Positions 36,982-49,300 of a DNA stretch of 64,000 nucleotides are shown here, piece by piece. The translations under genes were made by a program, and so were the position numbers. Under the pieces are notes generated by a model. That model saw only the letters and a list, made by a program, of their open reading frames with translations. It did not search any database and was not told the DNA's origin. The stretch lies in the NCBI GenBank assembly GCA_030704615.1, contig CM060732.1:74276001-74340000 (forward strand). The letters are read 5' to 3'. Each line of letters begins with the position of its first letter. Positions within the stretch are counted from its first letter, which is position 1. The DNA is from Takakia lepidozioides (lineage: Eukaryota > Plantae > Bryophyta).

Positions 36982-39900
36982 GGGCGGGGCCGGGCAATGG
37001 TACTGGCTGCTTTACAGAAAAAGGCTCAAGCTTCAGATGAAAAGAAATCTCCGCAATGTAAGCTCTGTTGCAAGCATTTCCCAATTGGAAGTTTGTTGCT
37101 TTGGGTTTGGGTTTGTTGTGTACTACCTGGGCCTAGCCTACTGCTCAATTCTTGCTGCTACTGCTACAGTAAAGATAACTGGTCATTGTTCATACTCATT
37201 CCATCCAGCAATGTCATTAAAATCAGGTGTGATGTATCAAGCCAACTGAAATCCAGCTGGGAACATCTACAGTATCATGCTTGCCAGGGATTCTGGTTGT
37301 GCAGTTGAAGTTGTGTGTGCTAGTTGAAATGCAAACTGTGATGTTCCTGTGGTTGTCACAGCTGCTTCCAAGGCTTCCCAATCTGGTAAGCAGCCGCATT
37401 CTACACCCAATAGAAATGAAGTTGGCACTAGATGTGGATATGGATCTTCTACGCCATCAAAGGGAGGGGAGAATACTGTGGTGAGAGACAACTCAAAGCT
37501 GTCCTTAAGTGCTATGAAGAGACGACCTATGGATTCTGGGGAACAGCGAGAGCCCCTTTCTGATTTGGGCACTTCAGCTACGGATAGACAGGTGCTAGAT
37601 TGGGCTGATTGGACAGATATGCCAAATAAGATCACACAGAAAGAAGAGACAATTGTGTACAAGAAAAGGCCAAGAGTGGAAGTTTCTCATAAAGTGGACC
37701 CCCTCAGCCTGGATGTAAGTGACACTGAGAATTTATCTGCTCCATCAAACTCGTGCGAAACATCAACTTGGGACTGTCCAAAGGAGGGTGTGAACAAAGG
37801 TCATCTGCAATCCGTCAGATGGCAGCTTGAAACATCTCCTGGCAGAAAAGTGCATAGGTAACCACCTTTGTCTCATGCACTGAAGAGCTTAATGAAACTG
37901 AAGAAGCCCTATAATTTTCCAGTCTTGCATGAGGCATTAATTCATGTTGTGCCCGTAGTTTTAATGGACAGCTGAGACAGGTGCATATTATCTCTCATTG
38001 GTATCATTAAGATCTACTAGCAACATCAAAAGTAGCAAGCTTAGTTGTAGGCTTGCACTGATGGCATTTAAGGTAATGTTGGGATCAATCAAAAGTCAGT
38101 GGCCATTCAGACTCATAGAAAGATGTGTGTCCAGCAACAACAACAATGAAATCTATTTGTCACCTCCATCGAAAATACCCTGCGAGCCAGTCGGACCTGC
38201 CTCTGAGCAACATGTGAATGAAGGATGTTTGGAGAGGGAAGATGGATACCAGAGCAGACGCCCTTCACCAACACGACTTCATGGGTAAGCATTCTCCTTT
38301 TTGTGTATGTCTACTGTATGTGGCCATGCTGTTGAAACTCAAACCTTCCTACTACGTAGCTGGATATTTAGCCGTGAAGCCAAAGACTTGGGGTATATGC
38401 CCAGACATTTATGTACTTCTCAAGGCTTTTCTGAAATGTGGATTTCAGGCTGATGAATCTGGGCAACACCTGCTACATGAATGTCGTAATTCAGTTCCTA
38501 TTCAGCTTGCCCAGCTTTTTTTCCGACGTGGAGCGCCTATCTCGCACTTACTTGGAGCAAGATTCTGAAAGTTGTGCGGTAGAGAAGGTTGACCAAACAT
38601 CTACCTGCTTTTTTCTCTTTTCCGCCTGAATTTTTTTACTGGGTGTTGCTAGTAATATCTCTTTCAAATCAACACTAATTACTCTATGTCGCTCGTATTC
38701 CAAATCAAGGGGAAATCTTATTTTTCTAGTTGCCACATTGGAGAAGAAATGGGTTCCATTGCAAAGGGTGGCACGGCTTTCAATCAAGATGGTCATAAGT
38801 GGTTGCATCCTTTGTCCCACCTCTCTAGGTCAATCAACAAGACCCTCTATTCATGGCAGGAACTCCAAGGCTTGTGAATTGCAGGCTTTGCAGAAGAAAT
38901 CATTCCACTTGTTGGGCTCAGAGTGTATTCTACCCGGGTTGTGTTTCTTACTGCTATTAGAAAGACCTTCTGGTATTCTTAATAGCCAATTCAGCTGCAT
39001 TCATTTGAACCTGCGTGATATAAGAATGTCAAATCCCACTGCAAAAAATGCCATAGTACTAGGTTTGCAAACATGAAACCCTGTAGGTTATGGGACATCC
39101 CTATGATTCTACCACTTATAACAGCAATATGGAAGTACATGTAATGCTCATTGAAGTCAATAGTTTAGTAGGACCTTGTAAAAATGTGTGAAGATTTTGA
39201 CTCTCACCATGTTTTGTGCCAAGAAATTCTGTGCCAAGAGGTAAGTGCCAACTTAAACGTTGGCAAATAACTAGAAATCTTCTAATGCTGTTGCAGGACC
39301 TAGAGATGCCATCCCTATCGGGCAAGCTTACTGTGACTGCAGCTCTCCTCCAAGTTTTCCATGATATGAAAGTAACTGAGAGGAAAGAGACTGTGAACCC
39401 GATTGTTCTCAAAAGATCATTTGCCAAGTTCCAATCAAGCTTTTGGGGATGCATCCAACAGGTACAAATTAAGAAGTGATAGTCATTCTCAGTCAAAATA
39501 CCCCACTCCAAGTACAGTTTGATGTGCCGTGTACCACTACCAAGGTTGATTACGACCATAAGAATATCATGTGACAAATACTGTCTATCCAGCCCTGATG
39601 CCATTATTGCAGTCACTTGTGAGTGTTGGTTTGTAAACGCCTGTTTACTTTACTAAGGGCACCGCTTCATGTGTTCTGAAGTAGTTCTTTTCTTCCTTTT
39701 TTCTTTTTTTAATGTAGTTCTTGGTTTGTTCTACCCTGCCCTCTGGAGGTGTTTATTTTTTTTCTCTTTATACCTGCATTCTGATTGGGTCCTATGCAAA
39801 CGTCCCAGGATGCCCATGAGTTTTTTTGCAGCTTGATTGGCCGTATTCAGGAAGAAGTCTCCTCGTTAGTCTCAAAGCACTTAAGCAGACAAGTTCACTG

Positions 39901-41804
39901 TCCAGAAGTCGAAAGCATCTGTCCAACAACGCAGAACTTCAGGTCTTTTCAGTTTTTCATTTCCTTTATATGAACAGAGTCATGTGTTTGTGCTCCTGTG
40001 ATGCTTCCATTCAATTTAAGTTGTTCAATTCTTGAAAGGATCACATAGGACCGCTGTTGATATCAATGCAATAGATACTTACCAGGTGTATATGTAGCTG
40101 TTTGTTGTTCTAATGTTACTGTTGACTCAATGGTGTGCAGCTGTACAGTCAGGAACAGTCTTACATGTGTTGATTGTAACAATTTATCCCAAGTTGAAGA
40201 ACCATATCTCCACTTCTCTCTGGCCTTGCCCGAGGAAGAAAGGTGAAAGCTTCTTCCACATGTTTCCAGTTCATTGTATGGCTGAAAAGTTTACCAAGTT
40301 GTTATTTGCTGTGCAGTTTGCAATTTGTGCAGATGAAGTGTTGCAAGCGTTAAGTCCTCACAGAATCATTGTCTATCCTGATGAAAGGCTTGTATCTCCA
40401 GAAATGAAGACTCGAAGGCTTCTGATTTGGAGTCACTGTTGCGTCTCTACTTCCAGGTATGTGCTGTTTGTATCCTCAATTTTGGTGATGGTCCCTAAGG
40501 TGTCCATCACGAAATACACTTCTAATCATCCTTTCAGTAACTACAATCATGTCTTGTAATACTGTCAGTCTGCTCACTTGGAGTACACCTTGTAGGAAAC
40601 AGCTATGTCCCGCAAGTGCGAGAAATGTGGAGGGGAGTCTGCAAAGGTACAGGCCCGAATCTTGAGGCTGCCTCGAGTATTAGTGTTTCATTTGAAGAGA
40701 TTGCTTATGGACCGTGACGTACCCTGCACCAAGCGCTCTGTACCTGTCAACTTTTCCCCACATCTTGATATTGGTAATTTCAAATTCCACCTTCTCACAA
40801 TTTCTGGTTCTGTCGTCTGGAGGACACAGGTGGTACATGTAGAGAGATGAAATTAGACAGAAGAGAAAAGCTTCATACCTCCAGGGGGCTGAGCAGAGTT
40901 GTGTACATGTCTAGCTTTACACTTGCTTGACACTGCAACTTGTGTGTCAAAATTGTAGTTTAGGGGGACATTAGTGCAGTATCCAACACCACTTGTTGGT
41001 AATTTTGACTTTTTAACTCAGTTTCAGGTTGTCTTATCAGGTCCATGGTGCTCCAATGAGGCCCAAAGCCCTCTCACCCCTATGATTACCTCATTCTCAC
41101 ACGACAGCATGGATAACAGCAGTTCTGCATCAGTGCCTTCCAGTCATCAATGTTTGTCCCATCCTGTCTGCAAATCAAATGGTGTTGTGGGCAAGCCAAT
41201 TTCAGACGGAAAGGCTCTTTCGTCCAAAATTACGGGAGAAAGGGATGTTCATCTGCACCGAGCCATAGGTACAAGTTCTCTAAAAAAGTTACCAAAGGAG
41301 TGGAGCAACGCAAAGAAAGAAGAAACCCTTGAAATCAAGAAAGGCCATGTGAGTACATGCTACAGGTTGCAGGGGATTGTCAGCCATCTGGGAGGTCAGG
41401 CATCGGGTGGTCACTATGTTGCCAATATTCACGATACTGCAGCCAACAGATGGTTGAGATGTGATGATGCACTTGTGACGGAAGTAAGCTCCTGTGACTC
41501 TACAGCTAATTGCTTTACTGAGTAATCTCTCTTCTCTCTGTTGTACTTCTGTCCCTTGGGCCATAAGCTCTCAAGAGCTTCTAGTGGACATTATGAAATT
41601 TCCTTCATTTCTTTCTCTCTCTCCTTACTTGCTTGGGGCAACAACATCTTTGTGCAATGTTTTTGGTTGATTTCTTATTCGGTACGCAATGGACACCGTA
41701 TTTTGTGGTTTGACTGACAGGTACCAGCTGAGGTGGTGTTTAATGATGTGGAGGAATCGTACATGTTCATTTATGTGCATGAGCCCCTCTCTGCTGTGCC
41801 CTGA
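36982..41804 (+). CDS. Ubiquitin-specific protease (peptidase C19), multi-exon; 5' end uncertain
   Basis: Cys box GLMNLGNTCYMN (~38450), QQ|DAHEFF (~39810), CVDC/CEKC zinc pair, LPRVLVFHLKR, His box SHLGGQASGGHY...WLRCDD (~41380-41470), last exon YMFIY with TGA at 41802-41804. GT-AG junctions keep the frame. Confidence 0.85.
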
Positions 41805-42216
41805 TATGAGTGGAACTTCGAAGGTGCCCCACATGTTCATGTAAGTGGATGAGACCGTTTCCTGAATCCAGAAATGAGTGAAATTTCAAGAGATGGATGA
41901 ACTGGAGTGGTCTTGACATGAATCATGACGGTTACGGAGCATTATGTAAATAGTGGTCTGAGTCGATCCAGGGAAATAGAGTAAGCCAGACTGAATGTGT
42001 CAATCTTTTTTTTGTAACTCTCCCCTGTTGCTCTTTAGCACAAGTGATAACATGTCAAAGTCCTTATGGCGATAAATACCACAATGGCAACAAATTACTC
42101 CTACTTATACAGGGGTACTGGGTGTTGCTGGTTGTTACGTGTGTTGAAATGGCTATCCATATGAAGACACTGCAGCAATGACTGGTAACTAGAGAAGAAC
42201 CTGCTATGGCAGTCTA

Positions 42217-44568
42217 CTAACCACCATACCTTTCTTTGAGGGCAGGTGGTGGCTCTTCCTCCATCACTCCTACTCCAGTACCTGAATCTAGATATTGCCT
42301 TATGGTTGTTTTGCGATCCCCCAAATATGTATGATCGAGAAAGTTATCATAGGCCTCCTTTCCCAGGTTCTTTGAAGCTAGCACGCTGCAAGACCCACAG
42401 TACAACTATTTCTGGTGAGTTCAGATCTGTCACCAGTTGGGCCTAGGGTTGATGACGAAATGTAGATTAGGGAATAGCGTCTGCCACGAAGAGAAGTGTC
42501 ATGGTTTTAGAAGCATACCAGTGGCGGAGGTAGAGGCGGCACGGTAGTATGTCATCCTGCCATATTTGCTGAATATTGAAACGACCATATCTCTGATGGT
42601 ATACCAAGTGACTACCTGTGCAATACAACAATGACAAATAAAATGCTGGTGCTCTTGGCAGTCTCATGATCATCGAAAATGTGCATTAGCTGGATTACAC
42701 ACCTATACACCTCACTACTAATAACGGCGACATTAACCACATTTGCTGGAAGAGTATCAAAAGCTATATGGGCACAAGACATTTCACACCTTTGCAACGT
42801 ACATGGCGATACTCTATGTCATTGTATTTGGAACATACCACCTGCCCAGTTGTAAGCAACTCATTGTCAGGTTAACATTGACATGATTGGTGACAAGATT
42901 GACATTGGAATGCCACAAATTGTTTTTGATGTAGCATCAAGATAGGTTGCATTTGGTCTTGCCATATTCCAGCAAAACAAGGGCGGGGGTATTAATGGCT
43001 GCAATTCATTAAACAAGCCTCCATAAAGTTAGAAACAGAAGTTACCGCACGCTGGGAAAACGGTTGCCCATCTTTGTGTTCTGGTGTTACCTGCATCGTT
43101 TTAAAATGTTCCATTGTTAGAGCCCTGAGCATCCTGAGATGCTTGTTGCCCTCCTGCAACTTTTCCCCCATCCCCTCACTTACCACTCCCTTTGCTTCAT
43201 CTAAGCCAGTCCTGGCTATAGGGCTATCGCCAGCGAAGTCTACGGAGTGCATTTTTCTCCATCCCTCTCTCTTATGAAGTACTACTGCTTGCATGTCTCT
43301 TCTGTGTGTGAGGTTTTTAAGGAACAACCAGCACATATGCAGAAGCAAAAGTGAGAGAGCAAGGGACAATTCTTCCTCTCACAAATAGTGGCTACCATCA
43401 ACCACTTATGCCAAAGTGAATGAATAATCCAACTGAAAAGCCACATTGTTTTATACTGAAAGCATGAGACTGTGAAGGGCAAAGAAGCTGTGCATCCCAC
43501 CACAAGAAACCGAAACTCGTGTTCTCTTTCAATAAATGCTGGGACCTGCAGGCACCCATCACAATCATCCAACGCACATGTTAGCCCAGGTTTTCCCCAA
43601 TGACGGTTAGCATAAGAGAGATCACAAGGGACACAAATGCAAAGCCAGTTGAAGTGAAATAGCTCACTTTACCTCAGCTGCAGGGATTTCAAAAACAGTG
43701 ACAACAATGGACTCCCCAGGCCATGGTTCAACACTGAGGCTCGACATTTCCTGAATGACCACAAATCACACACGTCAGCAAACTGAACATTAATCATCTT
43801 CAAATTACTGGTCCTGGAAAGGAAGAGGAAACCCTTTTACTACTCGATGGATGTAATCCATATGATTTCACTCAAATGGGTACAATTGGTCTCAATGTTG
43901 ATTGTCACGAGAGATCAAAACTCATATGACTACTGACTATTCATCACATGCCTCACCTTTGTCTCCAAATTGGCAATGCCTCGCTCCAGAAACACAGGCG
44001 CCACATGTGCAAATACCCGTCGAAAACCTCGCAATACACCGATTCTGAAGTTGCGGGGATCAGGAAATGTGTATTTCGCACTCTTCTCTGTTACATGGCA
44101 GGAAATTGAGGTTGGAACAAGTGATAAAAGACTAGACAGGGACCTGTAACAAATCAGGACCTTCTAATGAACAAAAGAAAAATTGTACTTTTGGGATGTA
44201 CAGCAAACAGACTAGCCCATGGTTTTACTTGTCATTCAGTTAGATGTGCTGCCCCTGCTTACACGATGCTACAACAGCTTCTTGCCTTCATTTGTCCTCA
44301 TGGAGCCCAATGCACGTCAGCGGGAGGACCGTTTCTCTGATGACTGCTTATCGATATTGAACATTGGAAGGTTACAGTACACAGAAAGAGGGACAGAAAG
44401 AAAAGATGTTCTAAGAAAAAGAGAGAGGTGATCACCTGAAAGGAGTGACCCAAATCCACAAATAGAGATGTAGCCCTGATCATTAGCTATGGCAGTGAAG
44501 GCAGATGCATCTTCCAGTTCTATTGCACCTGGTGCAGCCCCCTCAACACTGCGAAGAGACCCCTCCAT
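42217..44568 (-). CDS. Conserved uncharacterised plant/algal protein (GGCT/ChaC-like GFGSLL motif), multi-exon
   Basis: Spliced exons give MEGS...ISICGFGSLLS|EKSAKYTFP...FRRVFAHVAP|EMSSLSVEP|VPAFIEREHEF|VTPEHKDGQPFSQRA (43090-43046)|VVCSKYND|GSHL...ILPCRLYLRHC|VLASK...ERYGG*. Further 5' exons may lie up to ~45.9 kb. Confidence 0.75.
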
Positions 44569-46382
44569 ACCTGCCCTTGCCGAGTCAGCATGGCTACAAT
44601 GTACAGATAATATGCAAGCATAGTCGTAGGTGCATATTCCAGACACAAACATTGCAATGTGCCAAAATCAGCAGGCTTCTTCTCCTATAATGTCACAGAG
44701 ATTTTGGCAGATCACAGACAAATTACAAATCTTAGTTATCTCAGTGTCCTTGAAACCGCAATAAATTGAATTTTACAGCTGAAAGTCTATAAGAAGCCTT
44801 TAAGTGACGTAGTTGGGACATTCACATCCTTCGCCAGCCTCATGCTTTAAATACCACAATCACACTAGTTATAGCAGTGAAGATGTCAGCATGGAATGGA
44901 TATAACACTCAGCAGTAGCCAGGATAAGTATAATTTGGTTTTAAGCCAGGGTTAAGTAAATGCTAAAGATATTTCCTCAAAAGAGTCCCCTGCGCGATTG
45001 GCTTTTGAGAGCACAAAAGTTGGGATGTGTGCTGGAGTATTGGCAAGACAACGTGTTCCTTTGATTTCCAGTGTATTTTCGTCGGCCTGCTAGATCGAAG
45101 CAATATGCCATGCAGCTTCAGCCATACTGTAAGTAACCAAAAACAACACGGAACAGGTGTGTACTGTGTACCACTTTAGCTTTGAACGTAATACTGCATG
45201 TAAGGAAGGCGTGATCAGAAATCGGATTTTGTTTCTGATGGCTGATTTCTCAAAGTTTAGAGGTAAATCTTTGAAAGACAGTCTAGAAGTACCGAAGATG
45301 TCGAAAATTTGGTCATCATTAGTCCCAGATGAGGACTATAGACAACGCTTCTCTGTGTTCCACGACATCCATCATAGGGTAAAATAAGCACGGGACAATA
45401 TTATAGCTGCTGGTATAGGCACTATTTTCCCTCCATGAAAATGTAATGGACAGCTGCAGACGTTGCAATCAACACCATCGACATCAGCTTGCCATGACAG
45501 AAAGAGAGAGGGAGAGTACCGGTGAGAGACTGCAGCTTGTGCTGCAACAATTTCCCAGTGCGAGGAATTTCAAATGCTCGAGGAACATTTGCTCTAGATG
45601 CACATAATCGGTTGCTGTTTCCGTCCAAGCTGCAGGGGTGACTACTTGCAAGAGTTGAAAGAGAAAGGCTCCAAGCTTTAGCAGACATCGAGAGTCTAAA
45701 GCCACACTATTATCCTCCAAATTTCCCGTGGCCTTTTTCTCATTAAACCGTCTCCAAACTTTCTCCACGAAATTGTTTCACGCTCTCTGGTACTCTCTCA
45801 CCCTCACTCGCTCGTTCTCTCTCTCGTCTCCTGTCCCTGAATTATTTTAGCGATTCCATAGCTTTCATCCGCGTCAAGTTAGCGACATTCACCAGTTTCA
45901 TCGCCATTGTATCCAAATCCAGAGAGAAACGCAGAAATCCAGTAGTCCGGAAATAGTCCTAATCAGTAGTCCTAATCATCATCAACGAGGAAGATCATCT
46001 TCAAGGATCGCGGAAAAGAGCGAAGAGCCAAGAATCTACGACGATGTCAAGACCAGGCGTCATAGAAACAGCGGCGTTCTAAGCCACAGCAAGCCATATC
46101 AACACTGGATCTGCACATCATGCCAATTACTGTAGTGATCATGGAGGACTTATTTAGGAACCAAAACATGACGTGAGGATAAAACGATAAAACGAACATG
46201 AGAGACAGAAAAGTAGAAACAACGGAACTGAATCAGTGGCAAGGAGCTACTCCGGCTGACCTAAGAACATCCCAACCAACTGCTTCAAGTAAAGGGGGTC
46301 TGAGGTGAGTGGTAGTAGTGAGTTGAGAGAGGGGGTCGGTGAAGATCGATCGATCGATCGATGTAGGGGAGCACAGCGGGAA

Positions 46383-49300
46383 ATGGAGGCGATGCAGCAT
46401 GCGGAAGGTGTGGTGAAGGAGTTTTTGCTGTTTCGTGGGTTCACTCACACTCTGCACACTTATGAAGCAGAGCTGGCGGCTGATTTGGGGAACGGTTTTC
46501 AGGTGTGGTCCTTCTCTGAATGCGAGAGTTGACAGGTTTTCAGACGTGATTTATCTTGCGAAATTATGGCTTGCTGTTACTGAAAAAATTTCTTTCTCGT
46601 ATATTTCGTATCCTTGAGCAGTCATAGAGGCATTATATGTGGGGAATTGGTAGGGACGGCACTGGACACTCTCAAGTTATTCCTCGGTGTTTTCTTCACT
46701 CGCCATTACTCTAGTCGGGTGAAGCCTCAGGGAGAGTAGTTGGGAGCATAATCTATGAATGCTCCAGTACAGTTGTTTCTTACGAGGAAAATATCCTGAA
46801 CTGTGAACGGCTGATTTGTACGTCATTGGTCTTAAATTAGTCGTCTACTCCAGTCCCCTATGTTTTGAGACGCAGAAACTCACGGATCTGAACTGGTCAG
46901 ACATAGGTTGATCACTTCGAGCATAAGCCATAGTGCCAAAGGCTTCACAGACCCATTATATCATCCTCGGCTGCTTTCATTACGAACTATGGATGCTATG
47001 TGTTTGAGAAACCTTGATTTTTGTCGGGAATGCTATGATGCCTGATTAAGCTAATTCAGCTGAGGAAAGTCACTTCTGACTGCATGCAAACTTTTGCTAC
47101 GTCCACCATGTTTTCTTAACAATTTGTTGCCCATAGGCACTCCCTTTCACCTTGAGGTGTTCATAATATGCTGTAGAACCTCTGGAAGCCCTCTGGTTGG
47201 AATTTAACTGCTGAGATGAAAAATTATTCAGAAGTCTCTGTTCCTGTGAACCCAGGAGATTGTGGAAGATGGCAGGTACTGCAACCCCTAGTAATTTGGC
47301 AAGTCTTATTATTGACCCAAGGAATAAATCCTATGAATCATCATATAGAGCACCAATGTAGCACCCTCTTGTCATATCTGCTATTCGAGCCATAAATAAA
47401 TTGCCATTCAAAAAAATGACATGAATAGGTTAAGCAGGGACATCTACACTGGAGCTGTAGCTGCCTCTAAATGGTGGCATCTCTTCGGAGGCCTTGCTGT
47501 GTCAGTTTTGCTAATTGTCCTGCATATCCTGCAGAAGGGTCCAGAAGAGAGATGTTACCTTCCTTTTCTCTGTAAGCTTGTACCTGGTAGGGAGAATCTC
47601 TTCACAGCTACAGCAAGTTTTGTCTCTGACAGGACTGGGCAGCAGAAGCAAGGCATGCCCATTCTTTTGATGAACAGTTCATCACCTCATTCCTCAGGCA
47701 AGGCAGTATCTTCAACTCTGATGTGCTTCACTTTCCAGGTTGACCGCGTACTGGACCTACTGTTCATGGTGTATGTGCCGCGCTTTGAGGCTGACAAGCT
47801 GGTGAATCTCATGGCATTTTTGAACAATTCCTTCTTTGCGTCGGCTGATGTGTGGTACCAGAGCACATCAAAAAAGCTGGAGGGGTCGCTCAAGCGTTAT
47901 TATATTGTGCATGCACTACAGATGGGCCGACCCGATCGTGTGCTTGACTTCTATGAGCAGTATGGGGAATCACTGCTGCGTAGTGGTGAAGATTGGCTTG
48001 CCTGGTTTGGTGCGTATGTTTGTGTGTGCTTTGCATTGGTGTCCATTTGGGGTCAGGGTGGAGATTGTTGGTTTTTCAAGAATCTCCATTGATAGCTGAG
48101 AAATGTGTGGCTGTTCTCTCTGTGTGGTGCTGCCATTGTATAGATTGGCATTACACGCAAGCTTGCTTTTTATGGAGCTTGCGTGTAAGTTGCCTCCAGC
48201 ACTACATTATTTTTTCTCAAAATTCAGCAGGACTCCAATCCAATTTTGTACTTTCTGGATGATGCATTATGAATTGGGATTAAAAAAAAATCGTTCCTTT
48301 GCAGCAATTCCATATATGAAGAATCCAAGTACAGATCCACGCTTCCAAGTGTATTTTTCAAGAGAGTGGCTGGATACTTTGATTCTTTCCTTCCGCAACT
48401 TTCTCTGTGAAGTGTTTGACAGCATTCATATCCTCAACATGGCCATATTTGATTGGTTTTTGCAGCACATCAGATTTATCATTTTCTTTATTTGGACTTT
48501 GCTGTAAGGATATTTGCCTGGCTATTGCATATTAAGGGGCAGAAGCGAGAGAACCATGTGAATCAAACTATTTAAGAAGATTGTCATATATGTGCATTCT
48601 TGACTGAGTTGATGCCACGGCTACCAGCATTGTTGAAATTCAAAGCTGAGAGAATAAGAAGTAGAGCGCTGAAGCAGGAGCTAGACCAACTCCATGCAGA
48701 AAATACTCAATTGCGTGGGTCACTCAAGGCAAAGGATGCTGAGATCACTGAGCTTAAGAGGTATGGAGCATATGTTTCTGATTGAAAAATGTTGTTAAAT
48801 TGTTGAGTACATTGTGTTGAATAACTTCAGTACTAGTGCTTAAGGTAGATGTCTCTTTTATTCCCTTTTTTCCACTGCAGAGGGGTCAACTCTGAGGTTA
48901 AGAAAACCATGCTTTGTCGCGTTATTAGACCTGCCTTGGAGTACGGATCTGCTATATGGGTTGATAACTCCAACCAGGCTAATTGTCTAGAATCCATTCA
49001 AGTGGGGGTGCTTAAGGAGTGTATGTCAGCATGCTCCAAAACAGCCAATGTGGCTGTTCGGGGTGAGTTTGGCATTCCGTCCCTAAGCTCCCGACGAGAT
49101 GAATTCAAGGTCAGATGGTGGGGTCAGCTGCAACATATGCCCAACACCAGATATCCTAAGTTAATCGACTCTATATCTTGGAAACGGGACCGCCCTGTCA
49201 AACAGGCTAAGTCCTGGCAGAAGAGAGTAGAAGAGATTCTCAAGGACCTGGACCTGGATCCGCAAGTCTTGACCCTGCTGGATAAATCTGACTTAGAGGC

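Noticed and set aside
43278-43330. Apparent damaged exon suggesting the minus-strand gene is a pseudogene
   Set aside because: A proper in-frame exon with AG/GT ends exists at 43090-43046 (VTPEHKDGQPFSQRA).
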